Numbered from the stretch's first letter, positions 20,385 to 30,237 are shown. The stretch: DNA of 64,000 nt from Gammaproteobacteria bacterium (GCA_013289415.1 JABDAB010000002.1:52702-116701); one strand, 5' to 3'. Numbers and translations: made by a program. The notes: a model not told the origin generated them from the sequence alone.

Positions 20385-20456
20385 TAATGTATTTACTACT
20401 GGACTTCCAGAAAAATTTATAAATTCACCTGGCTCTGCTCGAAGTTCAAAACTTCA

Positions 20457-21686
20457 TCATGGCCTGTTTATGGATGCCTGCCCACCATGATCCAATAACA
20501 AATGCTCGATCTCTGTAAAATAAATTTCGCCACTGTGTTCTGCAATTAAATGTGCAAGGGGTGTTTGTCCATTATCATTTGAGTGATTGATGTCTATCCG
20601 AATCTTGTCGAGTATCCATTCAATGAAATCCTTGTCCATGTTGTCAATAGCTAGATGCAAAATGGAGTTGCCATGAGCATCTGTAGCATCCACATTTGCT
20701 CCGAGTGTAACAAGACTAGTCATGGCCTGCCTCTTTTCAGCAAGCGTTGCTAACATTAATGGCGTTTTATGTTCGTTATCCACTACATCGATATCAGTCA
20801 CAGCCTGACAACAACGCTGCAAGATGATGTCTTCACTAGCATATTGAGCTGCATAATGTAGCGCATTACGCCCTTTATAATCGGTCAATTGTATTACACC
20901 TGGATTTTTTAGTAGTAAATCAACGATCTCTAATTGCCCATTTAATATGGCTGTGTGAATAGGATACTTTGTTGTATTGTTATTGATGGACAATCCGCTG
21001 GGTTCCTGGTCTATCGCCTTAGCCAATAATTTCGTAAAATCACTCGCTGCCATCAAATGAAATACGGTGTTTCCACTGGTGTCTTGATGAGTCAAGTGTC
21101 CAGGTGCTGCCGTATTTAATACATCAAATATCAATTCTTTTCTATGCATCAAGCCTTCATCATGCAACGTAGGCACAAATAAAGCACTAAATATTGGCAG
21201 CTCATTGTTATTTTTATTGACGATTTTTGCATCAGCACCTAGTTTAAGCAGTGTCTTTACGGCATTTAAATGACCACCTGTTGCAGCCAGATGTAGAGGC
21301 GTCATACCGTTTTCTGTGGTGGGCTGATTTACTGCCGCGGGTGATATTCTGGTTAAGCCTGCAAGGTAATGGTCATATCCTTGTTTTGCTGCATATTGAA
21401 TGGTTGTCAAGCCGTCAAATGATGGGCCGCTTTGTGTGTTGGCTGCAGACTGATTTATCAAAAAGTTATCAAGGTAATCGCGTGCGAGCTTCAGATAATC
21501 AGCATGCTGTTCTGATATCTTACCCGTAAAGTGCCTATCAGAAGATACATGGGTGTGACACCATTTTTGCAACGCGGTGAAATTTTCCACGCGATCAAAA
21601 TGTTGTTTTTCGCATAAGTTTTTAAATGTAGTTCTCATATTAAATATAGCTCTCATATATGTCTCCAATGTTTTTAACCTCCCCAT
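20457..21686 (-). CDS. Ankyrin-repeat protein (eukaryotic-like effector candidate)
   Basis: At least 6 ANK units (GMTPLHLAATGGHLNAVKTLLKLGAD, GRNALHYAAQYA, HKTPLMLATL, HGNSILHLAI, NGQTPLAHLI). The start ATG shares one nucleotide with the stop of the upstream kinase gene (TGATG). Confidence 0.85.
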   Translation of the reverse strand: MGRLKTLETYMRAIFNMRTTFKNLCEKQHFDRVENFTALQKWCHTHVSSDRHFTGKISEQHADYLKLARDYLDNFLINQSAANTQSGPSFDGLTTIQYAAKQGYDHYLAGLTRISPAAVNQPTTENGMTPLHLAATGGHLNAVKTLLKLGADAKIVNKNNNELPIFSALFVPTLHDEGLMHRKELIFDVLNTAAPGHLTHQDTSGNTVFHLMAASDFTKLLAKAIDQEPSGLSINNNTTKYPIHTAILNGQLEIVDLLLKNPGVIQLTDYKGRNALHYAAQYASEDIILQRCCQAVTDIDVVDNEHKTPLMLATLAEKRQAMTSLVTLGANVDATDAHGNSILHLAIDNMDKDFIEWILDKIRIDINHSNDNGQTPLAHLIAEHSGEIYFTEIEHLLLDHGGQASINRP

Positions 21687-23680
21687 CAGTGAGGCTTTAT
21701 GATCTCTTTATTTTCATCTTCAGGGGATTGTGGCCTTTGCAATGAACGCCATTTTTCTTTTAAGATCGTGAAAGATTTTACAGCTTTTTTTTCATCGATA
21801 GCCGTTTGATCTTCATTTAAATAAACCTTACCCCTAATTCTATGTGCAGCCAATTCTTTTTGAACCTCGAGAAATATACCCGTAGCATTATCTCTTAAAA
21901 CAGTTCTTCGATCCTCTACGGGTACATTGGCCATAGCATTGGATATTTTATTACCCTTAGTCCGCCCACTTACAGACGATTTATTATTGTGATAGTCCTT
22001 TACTTTTTGGTAAATGGCATTGGTAATGGGATCTTTAGCTATGACGTTTAGTGTATCTCTTAATTCCATTAGTTTGTTAACGTCTTTTGCAGAACGAATG
22101 GCTATAATCTGATTCGCTTCAAACTGGATCATTTCTTTGTCATTGTTACCAAAACGTGTTGTATTTACTATTGTATTTAAACTATTAATACACTCATCTT
22201 TTAGTTTTATACGCTCTTGCACTAATAAAGCATCTGCTAGTGAAATTCGATCATTGGGGTCAGGCTTTATCATTTTTTGTATTAGTGCTTTTAATTCGAT
22301 ACCGTGCTCAGTTTTAAAAATAGGCAGATTAAAATCATATTGCTGTGTATGTAGCACATATTTGTCTGCACTAGATAGATTTTTCATAACCTGTTCATCT
22401 GGAGGGGTAGCATCATGTTTATCTTCCAGGTAATCATCACTGCATCCGGATAAAAATTGATATAAGTTTTTTCCAAGCATATAGGAATGAGCCTTATCAG
22501 CTGAAAAACCTACGGTTAATTGATTTTGGCGTTCTGGAGCATCCATGTATGGTGTATGCACACGCCCTAAATGCCATCGATTCGTGTGATTTTCAACACG
22601 AAAAATGCCGTTTTCTGTTGGAGCAAATCCTTTCGTATCTGCAATTTTTACACGTTCGTTTTGGTCTATTATCCAATTGGTGTTTTTCATATCCGTATGC
22701 GTGGCGTTGTTTTCGCCCATTTTTATTAAAATCTGGGTCATTTGGCTGTAGATATTTAATGCTGATGTTATTTTTTTATCGTCATTACTTATCTTGTCGG
22801 CATGCTGTATCAAGTTTCCGCCTGTGCAAAACGCTGTAACCTGCAGTGTTCTAGTAATAGGGATACCTTTCGAGTTTATAAATGTTGCCTGCTGTTCTGT
22901 AATAATTGGTGTGAGCACATCCTTAAGAGCTGAGAGCATCTTATTTAAAACCGTTTTGGGTACATTTTTTCGATTTTCGACCTTCAAAACAGATTCCTGG
23001 TTCTGAGAGTCTTTTATTATGAAAATTCTTGAATTTATTCCATCTAAATACTGAATGCTATGTTCGTTCCAAAAAGCTTTTGATTCAGCATAACCATCCT
23101 CGCCTGGTGTATCCAAAAAAGAATCAGGGGCTTCATATAAGTTTATTAACGATTGTTTTATTCTTGCCAAGTCCGTTACTGACTGACCTTTGGATGAGTC
23201 TTCTGACAATATTTCATTCATGTCAGACACTTTGTCTAGCGACATGTTGGCAATAAAATCAGCTAACGAATGGGGTGATGATGTCCGATTGTATATGACA
23301 TCCTCTCGAAGTGAGCGTATGCCTAAGGAGGAAAATTCTGTTTTTAGTTGACGATGCAATTTTTTTTGAATTTTATTCTGATAGTCTGGACAATAACCAA
23401 CCATATCAGCCGGATATTTATCCTCCATTTTTTTTCTTTGTTCATAAATGTCTTGTAGTACTTTTATTTTATCGGCATTTGTACCCTGTGGGGCATTGTA
23501 CAATGTATTATATTGGCTAATGAGCGCATTCAAGTCCGTTAGTTCTTCGTTAACCTCCTTCAGGAAGCGATCTTTATTTTCCCATACTGAAGACGGCGTC
23601 TCGCTGGCCCTTCGTGTAAAGACAATCGCTGTAATATTTGGTATTCCGGGAGATGTTGGCGTTTCACGTATTGTTCGCAT
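21686..23680 (-). CDS. Eukaryotic-like Ser/Thr protein kinase domain protein (effector candidate)
   Basis: Catalytic loop HTDMKNTNW, Mg-binding KIADTKGF (DFG equivalent), activation-segment APE (YMDAPERQ) and subdomain XI DPNDRISLADAL, in residues ~215-490 of 664. Confidence 0.8.
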   Translation of the reverse strand: MRTIRETPTSPGIPNITAIVFTRRASETPSSVWENKDRFLKEVNEELTDLNALISQYNTLYNAPQGTNADKIKVLQDIYEQRKKMEDKYPADMVGYCPDYQNKIQKKLHRQLKTEFSSLGIRSLREDVIYNRTSSPHSLADFIANMSLDKVSDMNEILSEDSSKGQSVTDLARIKQSLINLYEAPDSFLDTPGEDGYAESKAFWNEHSIQYLDGINSRIFIIKDSQNQESVLKVENRKNVPKTVLNKMLSALKDVLTPIITEQQATFINSKGIPITRTLQVTAFCTGGNLIQHADKISNDDKKITSALNIYSQMTQILIKMGENNATHTDMKNTNWIIDQNERVKIADTKGFAPTENGIFRVENHTNRWHLGRVHTPYMDAPERQNQLTVGFSADKAHSYMLGKNLYQFLSGCSDDYLEDKHDATPPDEQVMKNLSSADKYVLHTQQYDFNLPIFKTEHGIELKALIQKMIKPDPNDRISLADALLVQERIKLKDECINSLNTIVNTTRFGNNDKEMIQFEANQIIAIRSAKDVNKLMELRDTLNVIAKDPITNAIYQKVKDYHNNKSSVSGRTKGNKISNAMANVPVEDRRTVLRDNATGIFLEVQKELAAHRIRGKVYLNEDQTAIDEKKAVKSFTILKEKWRSLQRPQSPEDENKEIIKPH

Positions 23681-23766
23681 AGCGACCCGATATAAAATTG
23701 CATTATTTAATTAATATATAGGCATTTTTTTTACGGTTGTCAAATCAAGACACGTCATTCATAAAA

Positions 23767-24060
23767 TCAATATCCCACCTCCTTTTGATGACGAAATGCG
23801 AGCACATATACCGTGTTGGTGTTCTCATTAAAACGATACAGTGCAATATAACCCGAGTCACCAAATCCAATCACTAATTCACGCAACTCTGGTAGGGAAT
23901 CAAGTGGGCGACCTATATTCGGATTGGTTTCCAAAAGAGAAAACTGTCGGCGTATTGATTGAGAAGCACGCTGGGCCGCCAGGGGATTTTTTTCCGCCAA
24001 AAACCGCCGGCAATTCTCCAGTCCTGTTATCGCCCCTTCAGTAATAATTATTCGTGGCAT
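23767..24060 (-). CDS. Type II toxin, RelE/ParE family
   Basis: 97 aa. ...IGRPLDSLPELRELVIGFGDSGYIALYRFNENTNTVYVLAFRHQKE is the typical ParE/RelE C-terminal sheet. It overlaps the upstream antitoxin gene by 13 nt. Confidence 0.8.
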   Translation of the reverse strand: MPRIIITEGAITGLENCRRFLAEKNPLAAQRASQSIRRQFSLLETNPNIGRPLDSLPELRELVIGFGDSGYIALYRFNENTNTVYVLAFRHQKEVGY

Positions 24061-24320
24061 GGAGGAGGATCCGTTTCATCATTTGTTCCCCATGTGTTCA
24101 GCCACGCGTGAACTTCTTCACCAGTTAAATGACGCCCTGTTTCCTGATACGCCGACCATGACATCATCGCTTCCTGCTTAAAGCGTTCTCGTGATTCTTC
24201 TCGCTCAACGTATTCACGAATGGCTTCCCGCATTATCCAATGAGCAGTTCGATGCTGCACTGTAGCAAGATGTTGTATTCGACTTTTCAGCGTATCATCA
24301 ATTTTAATGGATGTAGCCAC
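24048..24320 (-). CDS. Ribbon-helix-helix (CopG/ParD-like) antitoxin
   Basis: 90 aa. The N-terminal RHH is SIKIDDTLKSRIQHLATVQHRTAHWIMREAIREYVE. Gene order and overlap are typical of TA operons. Confidence 0.75.
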   Translation of the reverse strand: MATSIKIDDTLKSRIQHLATVQHRTAHWIMREAIREYVEREESRERFKQEAMMSWSAYQETGRHLTGEEVHAWLNTWGTNDETDPPPCHE

Positions 24321-24359
24321 GATATGGCTCCTTATATTACTCGGTAGTACCTGTTAATA

Positions 24360-25709
24360 TTATAGCATACCCAAGACTTCATGCAATTGCTTCACTGCCG
24401 CAACTTCAATCCCCATGGTCTGTTTTGGTGCATTGGCAAACGGCACGATAGCGCGTTTAAACCCGTGTTTGGCGGCTTCTTTTAAACGCTCTTGACCACT
24501 TTGAACGGGTCTAATTTCACCAGCCAGCCCTACTTCGCCAAAGATAATGGTTTCACTGTCAAATACACGGTTACGCAGGCTGGAAACCACGGCGGCAAGC
24601 AACGCTAAATCACTGCCTGTTTCAGTGACCTTCACCCCACCTACGACGTTCACAAATACATCTTGATCAAACGTGGCTATACCACCATGGCGATGCAGAA
24701 CGGCCAGCAGGATGGCCATGCGATTTTGTTCAAGACCGACGGCCAAGCGTCTGGCTTGAGGTCCGTGGGCTTCATCGACCAAGGCTTGAACTTCTACCAG
24801 CATGGGGCGAGTTCCTTCCCATGTCACCATGATGGCGCTACCCGGTGTGGGTTCTGGTTGGCGAGATAAAAATATAGCGGATGGATTAGCCACTTCTTTC
24901 AATCCTTTGTCGGTCATGGCAAAAACACCCAGCTCATTCACAGCGCCAAATCTATTTTTAATCGCTCGAATAACCCGAAAACGGCTATCCCGTTCGCCCT
25001 CAAAATACAGCACGCAATCCACCATATGCTCCAATACTCTTGGCCCTGCCAATGCGCCATCTTTGGTGACATGCCCCACAAGAAATACCGCAGTCTGGGT
25101 CATTTTTGCAAATCGTACCAGTTGAGCGGTTGCTTCACGCACTTGGCTCACGCCACCAGGAGCTGAGTTGATGGTGTCGGTAAAAATAGTTTGCACAGAG
25201 TCAATGACTATCACGCGTGGTTTTTCTTTTTGCGCATGCGCAATGATCGTTTCCACTTGCGTTTCAGCCAGCAAGCGCAAACCCTCCAGAGGCAATTGCA
25301 AACGTTTACCTCGCATGGCCACCTGTTGCAATGATTCTTCACCCGTGACGTACAATACGTTGTGCGTGAGGGATAAATTGGCCAGCGTTTGCAACAATAT
25401 GGTTGATTTACCAATACCTGGATCACCACCAATCAACACAACCGAACCATCAACCAAGCCACCGCCCAAAACCCGGTTCAATTCAGATAAGCCACAATCC
25501 ATGCGTACTTCGCAATCGATCACCACGTCATTCAAGCACATCACAGCTGAGCGTTGATTTGCATAATTTCCCAACCGAGCCTGCCTGCCTGCGGAGGCGA
25601 CGCCCTCCTCAGTAACAGCGTTCCATGCACCACATTGCGTGCATTGCCCTGCCCATTGAGAAAAAACAGCCGCACATTGATTACAGATAAAACGGGTTTT
25701 TATTTTCAT
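24360..25709 (-). CDS. radA: DNA repair protein RadA/Sms
   Basis: N-terminal Zn finger CNQC...CTQCGAWN, Walker A GGDPGIGKST, KNRFG motif and a Lon-like C-terminus. Confidence 0.95.
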   Translation of the reverse strand: MKIKTRFICNQCAAVFSQWAGQCTQCGAWNAVTEEGVASAGRQARLGNYANQRSAVMCLNDVVIDCEVRMDCGLSELNRVLGGGLVDGSVVLIGGDPGIGKSTILLQTLANLSLTHNVLYVTGEESLQQVAMRGKRLQLPLEGLRLLAETQVETIIAHAQKEKPRVIVIDSVQTIFTDTINSAPGGVSQVREATAQLVRFAKMTQTAVFLVGHVTKDGALAGPRVLEHMVDCVLYFEGERDSRFRVIRAIKNRFGAVNELGVFAMTDKGLKEVANPSAIFLSRQPEPTPGSAIMVTWEGTRPMLVEVQALVDEAHGPQARRLAVGLEQNRMAILLAVLHRHGGIATFDQDVFVNVVGGVKVTETGSDLALLAAVVSSLRNRVFDSETIIFGEVGLAGEIRPVQSGQERLKEAAKHGFKRAIVPFANAPKQTMGIEVAAVKQLHEVLGML

Positions 25710-25778
25710 GCTATTAATACCTTGATAAAATATTTGACCTCAGCCATCCTACATTGGTTTAATTAAACGTAGAGCAAT

Positions 25779-26825
25779 ATGAACGATAAAAAATATCAAT
25801 GGGCAGTTGTCGGTGCAGGTCCTGCCGGGATTGCTGCCCTCGGAAAACTACTTGACTATGGTATCACGCCTGCAGATATTTTGTGGCTTGATCCTGCATT
25901 CAATGTCGGTGACCTTGGGCGTTTATGGAAAAATGTATCCAGCAACACCAAAGTGGGATTGTTCATTCATTTTTTGAATGCTGTTAAGGCTTTTTCTTAT
26001 CAAAATGCTCCAGATGATTTTCAGTTAAATCACCTGTTGCCTGATGAAACATGTCCTTTGCATTATGTTGTTGAACCCCTACAATGGGTATCTGACCAGC
26101 TGCGAAGTATCGTTCATGCTGATGAAACCCTTATTCAAAGCATGAGTTTATCTGCGCGTCACTGGACTTTAAACAGCGCCTCAACAGTCTATTATGCTCA
26201 AAATGTCATTTTGGCTACCGGGGCTGTTCCAACACAGCTAAACTACCCAGACAGTCAAACCATCCCGTTTGAGGTGGCTATTGATAAAACTCGCCTGATT
26301 GAGGCTATAAAACCAGACGAAACCTATGCGGTTTTTGGTTCATCTCACTCAGCTATTATCATCATCAATCATCTGGTATCACTGGGTGCTAAAAAAATTA
26401 TTAATTTTTATCGATCGCCCTGTCGATATGCCGTTGATATGGGAGACTGGATATTGTTTGATAATACCGGTTTGAAAGGCCAAACAGCGGAATGGGCGAG
26501 GCAGTATATCGATGGAGTATTACCGGCTAATCTCGTGCGGTATAACAGCAACGAATCCAATGTGGCGCGGTATTTACCCGAGTGCAACAAAGCCATCTAT
26601 GCAACTGGTTTTACACAGCGTAATAGCATTGCTGTGAGTGACTATGTGCATCATGATTACAATCCACACGTTGGTATCATAGGGCCTGGGCTATTTGGTG
26701 TGGGCATTGCTTATCCGGAAGTAAAACCTGATCCGTTTGGCTCCATAGAAACACAGGTCGGGCTGTGGAAGTTCATGACTTATCTTAATAAAGTCATGCC
26801 TGTCTGGTTTAAATATTCTACCTGA
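25779..26825 (+). CDS. FAD/NAD(P)-binding oxidoreductase (pyridine nucleotide-disulfide oxidoreductase-like)
   Basis: N-terminal dinucleotide fingerprint [17 protein letters not shown] and a second Rossmann-like segment [11 protein letters not shown]. The substrate is unknown. Confidence 0.6.
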   Translation: MNDKKYQWAVVGAGPAGIAALGKLLDYGITPADILWLDPAFNVGDLGRLWKNVSSNTKVGLFIHFLNAVKAFSYQNAPDDFQLNHLLPDETCPLHYVVEPLQWVSDQLRSIVHADETLIQSMSLSARHWTLNSASTVYYAQNVILATGAVPTQLNYPDSQTIPFEVAIDKTRLIEAIKPDETYAVFGSSHSAIIIINHLVSLGAKKIINFYRSPCRYAVDMGDWILFDNTGLKGQTAEWARQYIDGVLPANLVRYNSNESNVARYLPECNKAIYATGFTQRNSIAVSDYVHHDYNPHVGIIGPGLFGVGIAYPEVKPDPFGSIETQVGLWKFMTYLNKVMPVWFKYST

Positions 26826-26866
26826 CGGTCTATACTTCGCACAGTATAGACACAAGGGAGAAACTC

Positions 26867-27085
26867 ATGACTAAAACCGTTCATTTTGAGAAATCAATTT
26901 CGGAACTGGAATCAATTGTAATGCAATTGGAAAAAGGTGAATTATCGCTGGAAGATTCACTCAAACAATTCGAAAAAGGCATTACTCTGGCTCGTAAATG
27001 CGAAGATACATTAAATAAAGCTGAGCAAAAAATAGAAATATTATCGGCGATTAAAACGCCACATGAAGGCAGCACGGATGATTAA
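26867..27085 (+). CDS. xseB: Exodeoxyribonuclease VII small subunit
   Basis: 72 aa. [39 protein letters not shown] is the canonical XseB coiled coil. Located upstream of ispA as in many proteobacteria. Confidence 0.85.
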   Translation: MTKTVHFEKSISELESIVMQLEKGELSLEDSLKQFEKGITLARKCEDTLNKAEQKIEILSAIKTPHEGSTDD

Positions 27086-27965
27086 TAAAACCACGGAAAA
27101 TTACGTATCACGTCATGAAATGGTGTTGCATGATTTGCTTAATTCAGCAGATATACCTGCACAACGGATTAAAGACGCCATGTTGTATTCAACATGCCCC
27201 GGAGGGAAACGTTTTCGACCGCTTCTGGTGTATTTGTGCGGTGAATTAATTGGGGTGGATTTACCGGTTCTGGATATTATTGCTGCAGCGGTTGAATTGA
27301 TCCACTGCTACTCTTTAGTCCATGACGATTTACCTGCCATGGATAATGACGATCTGCGTCGTGGCAAGCCCAGCTGTCACCGTGCCTTCGATGAAGCCAC
27401 TGCTATTCTTGTCGGTGATGGAATGCAGGCATTCGCGCTAGATATATTATTAAGCCAGCTACCTCAATTACTATCCTTTTCCCAAGTCGTTAAAATAACC
27501 CATGAACTCATCAAAGCATGTGGCATTTCAGGCATGGTCAGTGGTCAAAGTCTGGATTTATCCGAGTTAGCCAACTCGAACATCTCTGAGCAGCAACTAC
27601 GTGAAATTCACATGCTTAAAACAGGCCAGCTTATGATGGCATGTATCGAAATGGTGTTAGCAGCTGGAGATCCATCCCCGTCAGCCGTCACTGCTTTGCG
27701 TGAATTCGCTAAACAATTGGGTCTTGTTTTTCAAATGCAGGATGATTATCTCGACCGACATGGGAAGACCGACCCACTCGGAAAAGGTCGTGCATCAGAC
27801 AGCGAAAATAAAAAAACAACGTTTGCCTCTCTTTATGGAAAAGAGGAGTTATTTACATTAATAACACAGCATTTCCAACACGCTGAACGTGTGTTGGCGC
27901 CCTTCGAAGATCGTGCTGTTGAGCTGCAAATTTTAATGCAAAATTTGCAACATCGTTTAGAATGA
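27063..27965 (+). CDS. ispA: (2E,6E)-farnesyl diphosphate synthase
   Basis: First and second Asp-rich motifs [17 protein letters not shown] and FQMQDDYLD. The start is ambiguous (ATG at 27063 or 27078); both overlap xseB. Confidence 0.9.
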   Translation: MKAARMINKTTENYVSRHEMVLHDLLNSADIPAQRIKDAMLYSTCPGGKRFRPLLVYLCGELIGVDLPVLDIIAAAVELIHCYSLVHDDLPAMDNDDLRRGKPSCHRAFDEATAILVGDGMQAFALDILLSQLPQLLSFSQVVKITHELIKACGISGMVSGQSLDLSELANSNISEQQLREIHMLKTGQLMMACIEMVLAAGDPSPSAVTALREFAKQLGLVFQMQDDYLDRHGKTDPLGKGRASDSENKKTTFASLYGKEELFTLITQHFQHAERVLAPFEDRAVELQILMQNLQHRLE

Positions 27966-27991
27966 TAACGAAATAGAATGATAACGAAACC

Positions 27992-28048
27992 GTTTTCGTT
28001 CAAGATGCGCCAAATATGGCCGTTCCTTGCTACGGAGCCAGTAGTTAC
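27992..28048. repeat. Family-B repeat, copy 1
   Basis: GTTTTCGTTCAAGATGCGCCAAATATGGCCGTTCCTTGCTACGGAGC(C/G)AGTAGTTAC is nearly identical to 57331-57387. It is preceded by a perfect 16-bp tandem duplication (27958-27989). Confidence 0.7.
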
Positions 28049-28112
28049 TGTAAAAAAATCATAAACCACTTGACAGCCAACTAGCAGATCATTAAACTTC
28101 CGTTCTCTTTTT

Positions 28113-28188
<76 letters not shown>

Positions 28189-28226
28189 TCATCACTTAGT
28201 TTATGTTGATGGAAAAAACGTTCAAG

Positions 28227-28302
28227 GTCCCCATCGTCTAGCGGCCTAGGACACTGCCCTTTCACGGCGGTAACAGGGGTTCGAACCCCCTTGGGGACGC
28301 CA
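28227..28302 (+). tRNA. tRNA-Glu (TTC), copy 1
   Basis: GTCCCCATCGTCTAGCGGCCTAGGACACTGCCCTTTCACGGCGGTAACAGGGGTTCGAACCCCCTTGGGGACGCCA closely resembles E. coli tRNA-Glu. Confidence 0.9.
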
Positions 28303-28343
28303 TTTTTTGGTGTTGTAGAAGAAGTAAGAAGTAACTGATCCAG

Positions 28344-28419
28344 GTCCCCATCGTCTAGCGGCCTAGGACACTGCCCTTTCACGGCGGTAACAGGGGTTCG
28401 AACCCCCTTGGGGACGCCA
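28344..28419 (+). tRNA. tRNA-Glu (TTC), copy 2 (identical tandem duplicate)
   Basis: The same 76-nt sequence as 28227-28302, 117 nt downstream. Confidence 0.9.
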
Positions 28420-28432
28420 CACAGGCTCAATA

Positions 28433-29755
28433 TCAAAGTCGTTCAAAAATCGTTCTCGTATTAAACCCAAATAAACGTTCATGCATTCGATAAGCATATT
28501 CATCCGTCATATTGGCAATATAATCACACACCACTCGAAGAGCTACCTGTTCGTCAGTAGCTTCATGAAACAAAGCACGATTTTTGTTATCCAATAAACT
28601 GGCGGGATTTGAGCTGATGGCTTCAAACAGACGCTGTACGACTGTTTGTCCACCGTATTCAAACGTACGGGCTTCCTGCGAATCAATCACATAGCGATAC
28701 ACACACTGCATCAAGTAATTCAACAACGCCATGGCCTCGGGCAACAAAGCAACATTGTATTTCAGTAGTCGATTATCAAACGCTTCATTCATCACTTTGA
28801 CTTCAGTGGCGGTAATAAAATAATTAACCATCTCGCCTATTGCCTGTTTCCGCAGATGAAGAGCTGGATCAAACAGTGAATCCAATAATTTATCCTGATT
28901 TTTAGTCAATGCAGTCGCCGCCAGCAACTGCCTGAATTCAGGTGTATCCAAATGTCCGTGGTTAATTAACCGTAAATGAATCGCATCCTCAAGATCATGC
29001 ACGCCATAGGCAATATCATCGGCAATGTCCATAATTGAACAATCAAAGCTATGGTACGCCGCTTTTCCGTGCTGTTTTCCCTGTGGAGTCAATGCCAGGG
29101 TTTGAAATAACTCCCGATCGGTCTCGCTAAACGGCGAAAGCAACCAATCCACTTCCGGTTGTTCACAATCAAAATAACCCTTGGGCGGCAACCAGTCGTT
29201 AATACGGATGGTACGATTGTATGATTCATTCACAGAGGGCTGCAGTGTCGCCACAACACGCGACCAGCTCACAGGGTACTTCACAACACCCAACAGTGCT
29301 CGACGCGTTAAATCGAGTCCATAGGCGCCATAGCTGGTCTCTACCTTGGTTAGCAGACGTAGGGTTTGCGCATTTCCCTCAAAACCACCATGTTCACGCA
29401 TCATGTAATTTAACGCGACCTCCCCCCCATGACCAAATGGCGGATGACCAATATCGTGCAAAAGACAAATGACACTCATGAGATCCTCGTCAGGCAATAA
29501 GCCTGACAAGCTATTTTGCTGGTGCGTCAGTGTAAAATGACGCGCGATACTGCAACCAATCGACGCGACTTCAAGTGAATGTGTTAAGCGTGTGCGGTGA
29601 AAATCACCTTCATCAGTGCCCAAGATTTGCGTTTTACGTTGCAAGCGTCGAAATGCAGGACAATGAATAACCCGCGTTCGATCACGCTCATACGGTTCAC
29701 GGTAATCCTGACTGCCACGTTGATGCGTTTGACCTGAACGACGATGAGTCCACAT
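28433..29755 (-). CDS. dgt: dGTP triphosphohydrolase-like HD-domain protein
   Basis: HD motif ...RLTHSLEVASIG...LLHDIGHPPFGHGGE and a C-terminal region typical of ~440-aa Dgt-like proteins. Confidence 0.85.
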   Translation of the reverse strand: MWTHRRSGQTHQRGSQDYREPYERDRTRVIHCPAFRRLQRKTQILGTDEGDFHRTRLTHSLEVASIGCSIARHFTLTHQQNSLSGLLPDEDLMSVICLLHDIGHPPFGHGGEVALNYMMREHGGFEGNAQTLRLLTKVETSYGAYGLDLTRRALLGVVKYPVSWSRVVATLQPSVNESYNRTIRINDWLPPKGYFDCEQPEVDWLLSPFSETDRELFQTLALTPQGKQHGKAAYHSFDCSIMDIADDIAYGVHDLEDAIHLRLINHGHLDTPEFRQLLAATALTKNQDKLLDSLFDPALHLRKQAIGEMVNYFITATEVKVMNEAFDNRLLKYNVALLPEAMALLNYLMQCVYRYVIDSQEARTFEYGGQTVVQRLFEAISSNPASLLDNKNRALFHEATDEQVALRVVCDYIANMTDEYAYRMHERLFGFNTRTIFERL

Positions 29756-29846
29756 AAAAAACCTTTTTAATTACACGTCAAAAAAACATTATACTGACTG
29801 AATATGGCATGTACTAGTGCCTACTGAAAAGTCAGCAGTTACCGGT

Positions 29847-30173
29847 ATTTGAAAAAAAGATTTCGTAAACCATGCACAACAGTTCAGTAAGAACGCCTTC
29901 TCCCATTGATGGGAGAAGGTGCCCGACAGGGCGGATGAGGGTAGATCATACATGGGCATCGGTTTATTGAGTTAGATGGCGGTCAACATGTTGAACAACT
30001 TGATTATGATAATCAGATGTTTTTTGTCAGTTTGATACCATGTTAGAACAAGTGCGCCAGTATATAGAAATTTAATCTACCCTCATCCGCCCTGTCGGGC
30101 ACCTTCTCCCATCAATGGGAGAAGGCGTTCTTACTGAACTGTTGTGCATGGTTTATGAAATATTTTTTTCAAA
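29847..30173. mobile_element. 327-bp MITE-like element with ~99-bp terminal inverted repeats
   Basis: 29847-29945 (ATTTGAAAAAAAGATTTCGTAAACCATGCACAACAGTTCAGTAAGAACGCCTTCTCCCATTGATGGGAGAAGGTGCCCGACAGGGCGGATGAGGGTAGAT) is the reverse complement of 30075-30173 with 2 mismatches. The core is ~129 bp and encodes no transposase. Confidence 0.7.
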
Positions 30174-30237
30174 TGCATCTAAAACAAAGCCCTGTGTTTT
30201 GCTAGGGATTTTTAAATGCCGGATCAACCAGTCAACA

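Noticed and set aside
20308-20490. 60-aa ORF MTFALSKPDVPRTSRGTSRSEM...
   Set aside because: It is encoded by the nested palindromic element and overlaps the ankyrin gene's 3' end. It is a repeat-derived artefact. Only the short MYLLLD remnant in another frame was kept, as a low-confidence observation.
28433-29755. dGTPase as a possible anti-phage nucleotide-depletion defence gene
   Set aside because: Its size and motifs fit the widespread housekeeping Dgt-like HD protein. It stands alone without other defence genes, and its context (tRNA cluster, backbone genes) gives no support for a defence role.
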